A stretch of DNA of 64,000 nucleotides from Candidatus Hydrogenedentota bacterium (GTDB lineage Bacteria; Hydrogenedentota; Hydrogenedentia; Hydrogenedentales; SLHB01). The notes beneath the pieces were generated by a model. It made no database searches. It was not told where the DNA came from and saw only the letters and a list, made by a program, of their open reading frames with translations. The DNA is taken from the NCBI GenBank assembly GCA_963668025.2, contig CAXXTH010000017.1, forward strand, positions 160,001 through 224,000, written 5' to 3'. Made by a program: the position numbers and the translations under genes. Positions within the stretch are counted from its first letter, which is position 1. Each line of letters begins with the position of its first letter. Positions 41,965 through 51,511 of the stretch are shown here, piece after piece.

Positions 41965-43305
41965 ATGGAAAGCGGGCATAGTAGCCGCAACCAGCAAGTG
42001 CTGCTCGACATCATTTCCGACGGCCTGTTCACCGTCGATGCGCAGTGCCGCATCACTGCGTTTAACCAGGCGGCCGAGCGAATAACCGGCGTCGCCCGTG
42101 AAGACGCCATAGGCCGTTTATGCCAAGAGGTGTTCCGTTCGGAATACTGCGGCGAAGAATGCATCCTGCGAAGCCGTTTTGAAGCAGGCGACACGGAGCC
42201 TGCGCATATACGGCTCCATGCCGTTTTCCGGGATGGCCGCCATGCGCAGCTCGATGTCTGTGCGGCGGCTTTTTCCGATGAAAATGGCGCGTTCGCGGGA
42301 GGCGTCATCGCCTTTCACGAATATATGGCGCATGCGCCGGGGCGGCGGAGGGTGCGCCGTGAAGCCGCGGCTGTCCATGGAATCATCAGTAAAAATACGG
42401 AAATGCTGCGCCTGCTGGCGTTGCTGCCCGATTTGGCCCGCTGCGGCAGCACGGTGGTTATTGAAGGCCCCAGCGGTTCAGGCAAGGAGCTTTTCGCGCG
42501 CGCTATTCATAATTTAAGCCCCCGCCAGAGCGGGCGGTACGTCGCCGTGAATTGCGGAGCGCTGCCCGATGCGCTTTTGGAATCGGAACTATTCGGATAT
42601 AAGCGAGGCGCATTCACCGATGCGCGCCAAGACAAGCTGGGCCGGTTCGCCCTGGCGGAAGGCGGCACGCTGTTTCTCGATGAAGTGGGCGAGCTGCCCC
42701 GGACGCTCCAAGTGAAACTGCTCCGCGTATTGCAGGAAAAAGAATACGAACCGGTCGGCGGCGTGGAAACCCTGCGCACGGACGTGCGCGTGATCGCCGC
42801 CACAAACCGGCCGTTGCTCGAACTGGTCGAGCAGGGCCGGTTTCGGTCGGATCTCTTCTACCGGCTCAATGTAGTGCGGCTGGCGCTGCCTCCGCTGTCC
42901 CAGCGGCGCGAAGATATCCCGCTGCTGGTGGAGCATTTCATCGAACACTTCTGCAAGGAAAAGGGGAAAAACATCGTAGGCGTTAACCGGGAAGCGCTCG
43001 GCCTGCTCGTTCATCACGCCTTTCCGGGAAATGTGCGGGAACTCGAAAATGCCATCGAACACGCCTTCGTGCTCTGCCATGGAGCGGAGATCCTGCCGGA
43101 GCATCTTCCTGTTGAATTGCGGGGTAAGATTACAGCACCAAGTGCGGACGCCCCGTCGAGCGGCCGCCCGCTCGAACGCTCGGAAGCGGCGGCTATCGAA
43201 GAGGCCTTGCGGCGTCATGAAGGCAATCGCGCGCAAACCGCCCGCGCCTTGCATATTCACAACACCACGCTGTGGCGCAAAATGCGGAAATACGGCATAC
43301 AGTAG
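41965..43305 (+). CDS. PAS-domain sigma54-dependent (NtrC-type) activator
   Basis: PAS N-terminus; GPSGSGKE, ESELFGY..GAFTDA, FLDEVG and FPGNVREL motifs; Fis-type HTH. Confidence 0.94.
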   Translation: MESGHSSRNQQVLLDIISDGLFTVDAQCRITAFNQAAERITGVAREDAIGRLCQEVFRSEYCGEECILRSRFEAGDTEPAHIRLHAVFRDGRHAQLDVCAAAFSDENGAFAGGVIAFHEYMAHAPGRRRVRREAAAVHGIISKNTEMLRLLALLPDLARCGSTVVIEGPSGSGKELFARAIHNLSPRQSGRYVAVNCGALPDALLESELFGYKRGAFTDARQDKLGRFALAEGGTLFLDEVGELPRTLQVKLLRVLQEKEYEPVGGVETLRTDVRVIAATNRPLLELVEQGRFRSDLFYRLNVVRLALPPLSQRREDIPLLVEHFIEHFCKEKGKNIVGVNREALGLLVHHAFPGNVRELENAIEHAFVLCHGAEILPEHLPVELRGKITAPSADAPSSGRPLERSEAAAIEEALRRHEGNRAQTARALHIHNTTLWRKMRKYGIQ

Positions 43306-43335
43306 CTGCCGGGGCGGGAAGCTAAACTCAGGAGA

Positions 43336-44382
43336 TTACCGTATAATTGGGTTGGTGGAATCACGGATGATCAAGCGCGGCTCCACCAATTCCTGGATGA
43401 TGAATCCGTCGTTTTTCTTTGAACTCAACCGGTCCAAAAGCGCCTTGGTGGCCATCGCGGCGATTTCCTGGTCCGGATGGCGGAAAGTCGTCAATAAAGG
43501 TGTTACCGCTGACGCAAAGGGAAAGTCATCATACCCCATAATACTGATATCGGCAGGCACTTCATATCCAAGTTCACGCGCGGCTTGCAGCGCGCCCACC
43601 GCCAGAAAGTCCGTAAACGCAAAGATGCTATCTGGACGATCCTTCAAGGCGAACATGGCCAGCGCCGCATCGCGCCCGCCTTCGATTTTCATGGGAACGC
43701 TGCTGATCCATCTGGGATTCAACGGCAAATGCTGGCGTTTAAGCTCATCTTGAAAACCACGCAGCATGACCAGCGAATCCAGCCGGGGAGTATTGTTTTC
43801 CGAACCGCCGATAAAGGCGATTTTTTTGCGCCCGATTTGTGCGAGATGCTGCACGGCGAGGCGTCCCGCTATATCGTTATCGGCATCGACATAATTACAA
43901 TCCGAGTACACGGACGAACCGATCAGAACGAAAGGGACAGAGCCTTGGCGCAAGATTTCCACAATCCGGTCGTTCTCACGAGGCGCAATATGGAGCACGC
44001 CGGCGAGAGGTATGCCCGCGAAAACATGCAAGCCCGGATCTTCGGACGCATCATCGATCTCGAGTATCACATGGTATCCGCGGCTGCGCGTCACCGATTT
44101 GATGCCATCGAAAATGCGGGCGATATTATGCGCCGCGCCGGGGTCCATGCTCAGCGGAACACTCGTCGAGACGCCAATGATATTGGTTTGCCCGGCAAGG
44201 CCCTTTCCAAACACATTCGAGGTATAGTTTTTCCTTTTGATGACCTCTTCAACGCGTTTGCGGGTATCGGGATCAATAGGGTGGTCCACCTTGTTGACGA
44301 CACGCGAAACCGTCGCCACGGAGACGCCGGCCTCTTGAGCGATTTCCGCGATAGTCACCCGTTTTCCTGGTTTTGAAAACAT
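43336..44382 (-). CDS. LacI family transcriptional regulator
   Basis: TIAEIAQEAGVSVATVSRVVN; GYDD and PLLTT motifs. Confidence 0.95.
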   Translation of the reverse strand: MFSKPGKRVTIAEIAQEAGVSVATVSRVVNKVDHPIDPDTRKRVEEVIKRKNYTSNVFGKGLAGQTNIIGVSTSVPLSMDPGAAHNIARIFDGIKSVTRSRGYHVILEIDDASEDPGLHVFAGIPLAGVLHIAPRENDRIVEILRQGSVPFVLIGSSVYSDCNYVDADNDIAGRLAVQHLAQIGRKKIAFIGGSENNTPRLDSLVMLRGFQDELKRQHLPLNPRWISSVPMKIEGGRDAALAMFALKDRPDSIFAFTDFLAVGALQAARELGYEVPADISIMGYDDFPFASAVTPLLTTFRHPDQEIAAMATKALLDRLSSKKNDGFIIQELVEPRLIIRDSTNPIIR

Positions 44383-45087
44383 TATGCGCCTGCTTTCATA
44401 AAGAGATGATGCATGGGATTCGTCTGGCGTTCTTCATGCGCCAAGCATGCTCCGCAGGTGGAACCTATTGCGGTGCAACGCCGTATGCACACAGCCAATC
44501 CCCCATTACCTTCCATAGCATAATAACGCTTAGCCTGCCTGAATGCAATGAATACCGCCGACATGTTGCCATCGGAATGTGCCATTCTCATCCACTTCTT
44601 GCCGCATAATGCGTTATGAACCGCCATTGCCCAGCCCAGCACCCTGCATCCATTTTCTGGCGCTTGATGCTGGGATACATGTGCATTTCACCTTTCGCGC
44701 AGCCCATGCCGCCGGGAAGCGCTTTCTTATAGTATAGCATCTTTAGCTCTAGGCGAATCAAGAAATGTGCTCCCTGTTTATTCTAATCCATTCTAAGCCA
44801 GCATGTTGAACAGTACAAAGCGCATGGCCCCATTCACGCAACGGAATAGCTTGCCTATCCAGAAATGTATACGTTTACTATCTGGCGGGCGGATTCCTGC
44901 TTTGTAACGCGGAGCCATGCGGCATGCGTCGCCATCTTGGGCTTCTTGTGCGGTAACGAGGGGCATTCTGGCTGGAAGCCCGTTCCTGCGTGTACAATAC
45001 CCCTATCGTGTTTCGCGGGATAGTCATTGCGAAGCGCGGGGCATGTTTGCGCGGGTGCCGTAAGTTGCCGGGCAAGGAGGAATGCGC

Positions 45088-47571
45088 ATGGCGGCGGATG
45101 AGGCAAGGACACTGCGAATTTATTGCATCTGCGGCCAGAAGATGAAAGTGACGTCCGCCATGTCCGGGCGTCCTGGCAAATGCATTGCATGCCGCCAGAA
45201 ACTGCGCATTCCTGAGTTTGACACCCTGCCAGAAGAGATCCAGTCGATCTCGCTCCATGATCACCCGGAATACTTGCGGGCGACCGTCGCGCTCCGTGCG
45301 CGGCAATCCCGTAAAATCACGGGCAAGCCTGCCGCACACCCGGCGGTGGAGCAAGTGGAGTATGAGCCCATTGAAATGGAGCTTCCGCAGGGGCGCGAGC
45401 AGGAACGCCGCATACCGCTGGATGTGCTCGAGCCGCTCCGGCTGCTGGTGAGCCTTGAACACCGCCTCAAGCATAAACTCAGCCTGGCGGCGGAAACCGA
45501 GGAAGGCCGGGCGAACGGGTTTTCCAGGAACGAACTCGAAGAGCGGTTTAGCGCGGTGCGAGACGCCCGGGAGGCGTTTGATGAATCCTTGCGCCAGCGC
45601 TTGACGGAGACCGTGCTTGAACTGGAATCCATATCGGCGCGTGTTAAAAAAATGCGGCAGTCCGCCTCAAAAAGCGAGGTGGGCTTTTCGGAGTACTTGG
45701 GACACATGGCCCGGCTGCGGTGCCGCCGCGACACCCTTGAACGCCGTAAAGCCAATCTGCGGGGATGGCTGGCCGTGGAAACTCCATACGAAGCGGGCGG
45801 CTATATCCGGCTGGCGCTGGATCGCCTTCCTGAAGAGGGGAGCATCGAATTCCATCATGAGCCCAATGGCGATATTCCGGCTGTTGCTTGGTGGATGCAG
45901 GCGTTGCGGGCCGCACTCGAGTCGCATGGGGATGCGGACGACTCCGGCGGCAACGGTTCCGAAGACCAGCATGAACGGGCCGCCCAGCGCTGCGCTTTTG
46001 AGCGGAAAGAAGCGGAGATTGCATTTTGCCGGGGGCGGATTGGACGCTGCGCCGTGGATTGCGGCGAAGACCTCGATGTGCTCGAACGGCAATTGGGCGC
46101 GTTGCGGGCGCAGGTAAGCAAGGGCCGGATAGGCGTCAAAGCATATGATGTCCGGGAGAAGCAGTATCGAAAACACCATGACGCACTCGAACAAATCCGG
46201 GAAACGGCTGAACAGGCGCTTGCCGCTAATACGCCCAATAGCCTGCCGCCCGCGCTCCACGCGGAAGCCATCGAAGCGCCGGATAGTGCGCCTCAGATGC
46301 CGCCTCGCGCCAACACCCACTTGATGCGGCTAGGCAGCTTGCTGCTTTTTCTCAGCTTATATACGCCGTTGTTTGGCGCTCCGATGCTGGCGCCCATATG
46401 GATGTCACCTGGCCCAGCCCAGAATACTGGCCTGATTATGTTGGTGGCTGGAATCGCCATGCTGCCCATGTTGGGAAGCTTTATCTTGGCGGGCAAGCCT
46501 GCGGTTCGGGGAATGCTTGCGCTGGGATGTGCGGCCACATTGGCGGCCGGGGCGGGCGTGTACGCCCTATGGCTAGGCGTGCGCCAGGAATCACCGCAGG
46601 CGGCCCAAGCCGCCTCGGATGTGCTCGCCGCATGGCCTGGCCTGGCGGCATACGGCTTGGCGGTGTTAGTTTTGCTGGGCAGCGGGGCCGCCACGGTGCT
46701 GGGTAGGCATGTGCGGCGGCTCTCGATAGCCGCAACGGTGGCGCTTGCGCTGACGGGAATGGGCCTTGCAGCCGCTGGAAAAATAGATGCCCATTTCGGG
46801 CCAGCAATGGAAGTCCATATCGAAACTCCTGATAACAGCGGAGCCTATCCGGTGCAGCTCGATATGCTGCCCCGGGGATTTGGCATTCCTTCGCTTGGCC
46901 AGGATGGCTCCACCGCCCATTTCATGCTCGAACGGGCGGAAGCGGCGGGTGAATGGTCTTTCGCGGGGCCGCCCCTTTCCATTATACGGCTCGACTCCAA
47001 AGATTCACGGCCGGATGAAACGGATAGCTTGATACAACCTGGTTTTTCCCAGCCTGCTAGATTCAGCTACCGGTTGCCGGCGGGTTCATACCGCGCGGCA
47101 TTAGCCGGTAACGTTTTAGCGTCGTTCGAACTGGAAGCCATTGCCGCGCCATCCCCGCCGCCTCCCGTGCAGGCGGCGCTTCCGAACGAACCTGCCCCGG
47201 CCAGCGAACAGGGCCTTATTCCTGCGCTTGAAGAAGCCCAAATCCCAAGCGAACCAGGAGGGGAGCCCGCTGACGGTTCTGCCCCTTCTGCCCCGGCGGT
47301 TTCCGCGAATGGCATTGAAGTGGAGCTGCGGGGAGTCATGGCGGCGCAGGGCCGCGAACCGCAATTCACCTTGGACATCTACTATCCCGATGGGCGAGTG
47401 CAAGATCGGATCGTTTCACTTGGGGATACCATCGACGAGCCATGGTTTGTAGCCGAATACAATCCATCCTTGCAGACCTTAACCTTATCAAATGAAGAGC
47501 GCTTTTTGATCTTGAGGAATGGCCAAAGAGTATCACTTGAGGAGATCCCGGAAGGATATGATTCTCCTTAA
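45088..47571 (+). CDS. large membrane protein: N-terminal zinc ribbon, coiled coils, ~5 TM helices, Pro-rich linker
   Basis: CICG...CIAC; AAGGAGG upstream; hydrophobic stretch at ~aa 415-565. Confidence 0.75.
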   Translation: MAADEARTLRIYCICGQKMKVTSAMSGRPGKCIACRQKLRIPEFDTLPEEIQSISLHDHPEYLRATVALRARQSRKITGKPAAHPAVEQVEYEPIEMELPQGREQERRIPLDVLEPLRLLVSLEHRLKHKLSLAAETEEGRANGFSRNELEERFSAVRDAREAFDESLRQRLTETVLELESISARVKKMRQSASKSEVGFSEYLGHMARLRCRRDTLERRKANLRGWLAVETPYEAGGYIRLALDRLPEEGSIEFHHEPNGDIPAVAWWMQALRAALESHGDADDSGGNGSEDQHERAAQRCAFERKEAEIAFCRGRIGRCAVDCGEDLDVLERQLGALRAQVSKGRIGVKAYDVREKQYRKHHDALEQIRETAEQALAANTPNSLPPALHAEAIEAPDSAPQMPPRANTHLMRLGSLLLFLSLYTPLFGAPMLAPIWMSPGPAQNTGLIMLVAGIAMLPMLGSFILAGKPAVRGMLALGCAATLAAGAGVYALWLGVRQESPQAAQAASDVLAAWPGLAAYGLAVLVLLGSGAATVLGRHVRRLSIAATVALALTGMGLAAAGKIDAHFGPAMEVHIETPDNSGAYPVQLDMLPRGFGIPSLGQDGSTAHFMLERAEAAGEWSFAGPPLSIIRLDSKDSRPDETDSLIQPGFSQPARFSYRLPAGSYRAALAGNVLASFELEAIAAPSPPPPVQAALPNEPAPASEQGLIPALEEAQIPSEPGGEPADGSAPSAPAVSANGIEVELRGVMAAQGREPQFTLDIYYPDGRVQDRIVSLGDTIDEPWFVAEYNPSLQTLTLSNEERFLILRNGQRVSLEEIPEGYDSP

Positions 47572-47721
47572 GAAGGTGGGTGAGGCGCGGCGGAGCGTTC
47601 CATAATGAACCACTTGAAAAACATCGAAAACTAGATTGTTGACAATCCTGCACCTAACTGTGAGGGGTGCAATCAAAAAGACGCGAAACCAGGCGGAAGC
47701 AAAAATTCATGAACGAAAGGG

Positions 47722-47750
47722 TTGCGTTCTACGCGAGAGCGTGTTAAACT
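47722..47750 (+). promoter_or_regulatory. sigma70-type promoter with extended -10
   Basis: TTGCGT-17 bp-TAAACT, preceded by TG. Confidence 0.55.
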
Positions 47751-47756
47751 CTAATT

Positions 47757-47903
47757 GGTCAGCGCCACATGTGGCGTTTCTCCTTCCGCGGAGGCCCTGG
47801 CGATTACGTCCTGGGCCTCTAAAATAACTCGCGGTCGGAACAGCGTTCCTGGATTGCGAGAGAGTATATGGACCGCGAGTGTAACGCTCGCGGTTCTCTT
47901 TTT
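47757..47903 (+). ncRNA. candidate structured leader or sRNA with terminator/antiterminator
   Basis: Hairpins CGCCACATGTGGCG and GAGGCCC..GGGCCTC; terminator 47871-47903 whose 5' arm is also exactly complementary to 47827-47836. Confidence 0.5.
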
Positions 47904-48104
47904 CTGGCAAGCATTGCGACGGCCTCCGTTGCTCTTCCCCTCCTCCAAAAAAATCAGGCCTGCCTGGAGCTTGTTACGTGTTGCCGGTGTAATAGAAATC
48001 CCCGCAATTTTGACATTGAAGGGGATCTCGACTAGAATTAGCCGCTCAGGCATATCTTCCTAAAATCAGGCGCGTTGCGGCAGCAGGGACGCTGGGGACG
48101 GCGA

Positions 48105-50084
48105 ATGAGAGTCACGCAAAATCAGGAAAAACTCCTTTCCAACAACCTTGCCGAAGAGGCGCAAGAACGCGGAGAAAACACTCCGAGTTTTGTTGCGGCC
48201 CTGTTCAATGGTGAGCTGCGTTGGGACTTGATTCATCCCTTTCCCGAGCAGGATGCCGCGGAAAAGAAAATTGGTGATGAATTCATCGATAAGATCCACG
48301 CGGTGTTGGAAGAGTACATCGATCCGAATGAAGTGGATCGCCTCGGTGAAATCCCGGAAGAAGCGCTGCTCACCTTATCGGAATTAGGCTGCTTCGGCAT
48401 GCGCATTCCGAAAGAATATGGGGGCTTGGGATTCTCAGAAACGAATTACCACCGGGTCATCGGATTTGTGTCCAGCTATTGCAGTTCCACGGCGGTATGG
48501 CTCGCCGCGCACCAAAGCGCGGGGGCGGTTGAACCGCTATTGCTGTTCGGCACGGAAACCCAAAAACGCACCTATCTGCCCCGTTTGGCGCGCGGAGCCT
48601 TGTCCGCTTTCGCTTTGACTGAACCTAGCGTCGGCAGTGACCCCGCCATGATGAAGACGTTGGCTACTCCCAGCGCGGACGGCGCTTCATACCGCTTGAA
48701 TGGGGAAAAACTGTGGTGTACGAATGGCCCCAGCGCGGAGCTTATGCTCGTGGTGGCGCTTGCGCCGCCGAGAAAAGGTTCTGGACAAGATAAGCCCCAG
48801 CCCACGGCATTCCTCGTGGAAACCAGCCAGCCCGGCTTCGAAGTGCGGCATATATCTTCGCTCATGGGCATTCGCGGCGTTTCGACCGGCCTTTTGCGTT
48901 TCAGGAATTTTGAAGTTCCCGCATCGAATATGGTGGGCGAATTGGGCCAAGGCCTCAAAATCGCCATGACCACGCTCAACACGGCCCGCCTCACCTTGCC
49001 TGCGGCGTTAGGCGCGCTCGGGAAACTCAGCGTTCATTACGCGCGCGATTGGTGCCGCAAGCGCGTGCAATGGGGCGTCCCTATCGGCCGGCATCAAGCG
49101 GTGGCGGTGCGGACGGCCCATATGGCGGCTTGCGCGTTCGCCATGGACAGCATCAGCACGCAGGTGAACGCCATGGTGGACAAGGGCGGAGCTGATTTCC
49201 GCGTGGAATCCGCTATGGCAAAATACTACTGCTGTGAAAATGCGTGGCGGATTTGTGATGGCTTGGTGCAAGTGCGCGGGGGCCGCGGCGTCGAGACCGC
49301 CGAATCACTGGCCAGCCTCGGAGAAGATCCCGTACCCGCCGAACGCATGCTGCGCGACGCCTTGGTGGCCCGGCTGCTTGGCGGCACCAGCGATATTATG
49401 CGCCTCTTTATCGCCCGCGAAGTGATGGACATCCATGTAAAACGCTTCGCCCCCATTGTCGAGGCGGGGAAAAACCACGGGCCGCTGTTTTGGGAGGCCG
49501 CCCGGTATTACGCCAAGTGGTATGCGAAACAATGGATTCCAGCCTTCGCACCGGGCGGCGCGCGCCATTTATCCCGGCGGAATCGCGCCCATCTGCGCTT
49601 CATCGCCCACACCAGCAGGCGCCTTTCCCGCGCCCTTTTCCATACGATGCTCCGGTATCGCCAGCGTTTGGAACATGAGCAAGTCGCGATTCGCGCACTT
49701 GTGGATATAGGCGCACAGCTTTTCGCCATGTCCTCCGTGCTTTCCCGGACAGAACACCTTGCGGCAAAAGGAGCGGTGGATGTGCGGGCGCTTCAGGAAC
49801 TGGCCGATTTATTCTGCACGGAAGCGCGCACCCAGGTGGCGCAAAGCTTCTCTTTGTTGCACCACCGTAAAACGGAACTCGCGCATGCCGTGGCGGAATC
49901 GTTTCTATCGGGAAGCTATGCCTGGCTGTCCAGTGATATCCATGAAGAATTCCCGCCCCAATTTCAATCCAAGGCAGGCGGACGCCTGGAACTGTATTGT
50001 GAAGAGGAAGGCGAATTGTCTTCGCCGGAACCCGCAATCGAATCCCGTTCGCCTCGCGCCAAGAGCAGATTCCGTCGCTCCTAG
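48105..50084 (+). CDS. acyl-CoA dehydrogenase (VLCAD/ACAD9-like long form)
   Basis: AFALTEPSVGSD, LNGEKLWCTNG, RVQWG.PIG and QVRGGRG motifs. Confidence 0.92.
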   Translation: MRVTQNQEKLLSNNLAEEAQERGENTPSFVAALFNGELRWDLIHPFPEQDAAEKKIGDEFIDKIHAVLEEYIDPNEVDRLGEIPEEALLTLSELGCFGMRIPKEYGGLGFSETNYHRVIGFVSSYCSSTAVWLAAHQSAGAVEPLLLFGTETQKRTYLPRLARGALSAFALTEPSVGSDPAMMKTLATPSADGASYRLNGEKLWCTNGPSAELMLVVALAPPRKGSGQDKPQPTAFLVETSQPGFEVRHISSLMGIRGVSTGLLRFRNFEVPASNMVGELGQGLKIAMTTLNTARLTLPAALGALGKLSVHYARDWCRKRVQWGVPIGRHQAVAVRTAHMAACAFAMDSISTQVNAMVDKGGADFRVESAMAKYYCCENAWRICDGLVQVRGGRGVETAESLASLGEDPVPAERMLRDALVARLLGGTSDIMRLFIAREVMDIHVKRFAPIVEAGKNHGPLFWEAARYYAKWYAKQWIPAFAPGGARHLSRRNRAHLRFIAHTSRRLSRALFHTMLRYRQRLEHEQVAIRALVDIGAQLFAMSSVLSRTEHLAAKGAVDVRALQELADLFCTEARTQVAQSFSLLHHRKTELAHAVAESFLSGSYAWLSSDIHEEFPPQFQSKAGGRLELYCEEEGELSSPEPAIESRSPRAKSRFRRS

Positions 50085-50589
50085 CGCATTGCGGCATGGA
50101 AATCCCGTGACACTTTGGCCGACTGAAGCAGCCTCTTATATTTGGCAGCCTTGTTTATTCTCTTTCGACGGTATTGATACCTCATTTTGCATCTGACGAC
50201 CGGCGAGGGCGTCGGTCCCACACATTGCTTTCTAGAAAAAAGTGGGAGGCCGAAGGGGCATCCCAAGAGTCATTCTTTTCACACCGTCAATGTGTTGTAG
50301 ATTATCGCGCTGAGGACGCGGAGTCTCGCGGAGGAGATGTCTGCTCCGCGAAACTCCGCGCCCTTGGCGTTCTCTGCGTTAAAGCTTATTCCCATGGACG
50401 CCCTTGCCCTTCGGGCGTCGGTTTTCTGTTGCCAGCGGCTCGGCCTATGTAGGGCATGCGGCCTAGTGTATCGATACGGACAGGGATATGCGGGATATGC
50501 GCTTTTTAAGTGAAAATCCGGCTAATTCGGAATGAATGGGAAGCCATCGCTCTAAAACCTTTAATGGCAAAGGCATGTGTGCGCTTCGC

Positions 50590-50618
50590 TTGACATAAAT
50601 GGGGGGCGGCGCTAGTAT
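50590..50618 (+). promoter_or_regulatory. sigma70-type promoter
   Basis: TTGACA-17 bp-TAGTAT, upstream of the gene at 50682. Confidence 0.6.
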
Positions 50619-50681
50619 ATCTAAATTGAGCAGTGCGCAGTTTGCGGCGCATAAGCCGCGGAATTATAGAAAGGCGCCGGA

Positions 50682-51287
50682 ATGGGCGGTGTAAAAGATC
50701 AAGTCTTTACGAGTGGTGAAGTCGCACGCATATGTGGAGTTTCGCCCGACACGGTTTCCCGATGGTTTGACTTAGGCCAATTATCCGGTTATCGCTTAGG
50801 CCCTGGCGGCGACCGCCGCATCCCGTACGATAATTTGCGCCAATTTATGTTGAATCATGGCATCCCGTTGGATCGGCTCGAAGAAGATGAACGCCGTATC
50901 CTGGTAGTGGATGATGATCCGTATTATCTGGATACGATTCCAACCGCGTTGTCTCGAGTGGGGGATTATACGGTCTTTACGGCCTCCACTGGCTTTGACG
51001 CAGGGGCCATGGTCGCTGAACACAATCCCCAGCTCATCATACTCGATATTCATTTGTCGGATATGGACGGCCGCATGGTGTCCGAGCGCGTACGCACGCG
51101 GCCCGACACGAAAAATACCCGCATTTTAGCCATTTCGGGCTATATCGATGATGCGGAAGCCCAAGGCCTATCCCAATTCGGCTTCGATGATTTCCTCAAG
51201 AAACCGTTCAGTTTGGCGGAATTGACGGAGAAAGTCCAACTCCTGCTCGGGCAAGGCCCCACCAAACGGCGCTCGAAACGCGCCTGA
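50682..51287 (+). CDS. excisionase-type HTH plus receiver domain response regulator
   Basis: FTSGEVARICGVSPDTVSRW..GDRRIP, followed by ILVVDDD, ILDI and KKPF. Confidence 0.9.
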   Translation: MGGVKDQVFTSGEVARICGVSPDTVSRWFDLGQLSGYRLGPGGDRRIPYDNLRQFMLNHGIPLDRLEEDERRILVVDDDPYYLDTIPTALSRVGDYTVFTASTGFDAGAMVAEHNPQLIILDIHLSDMDGRMVSERVRTRPDTKNTRILAISGYIDDAEAQGLSQFGFDDFLKKPFSLAELTEKVQLLLGQGPTKRRSKRA

Positions 51288-51511
51288 TCCCTTCTGTGGT
51301 TTGCCTGCGGAACAGCCGTGTGGCGAGCTGTGCGCACACCCCATCCGGAACAATATCTTGTGTCTACGAAAAGACTTGCATAGATATTGCGCTTGTGTTA
51401 TCCTCCCTTTCAAGATATAGCGTTGCAGTCTGGACACCTGCTGATGTTATACCACCCGTTGGGGTATATGGGGTGCTAAGCCGGGAGTAAATGGCCCGGT
51501 AGGGAGCAGCC

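Noticed and set aside
44715-44727. LacI-type operator GAAGCGCTTTC
   Set aside because: A single short imperfect palindrome that could easily occur by chance; no support beyond proximity to the LacI gene
47709-47747. Leader peptide MNERVAFYARAC
   Set aside because: Overlaps the predicted promoter, has no clear RBS and no regulatory codon run
50196-50223. GTGG-type REP-like palindrome (TGTGGGACCGACGCCCTCGCCGGTC, minus strand)
   Set aside because: Only one copy in the window, so a repeat family cannot be established
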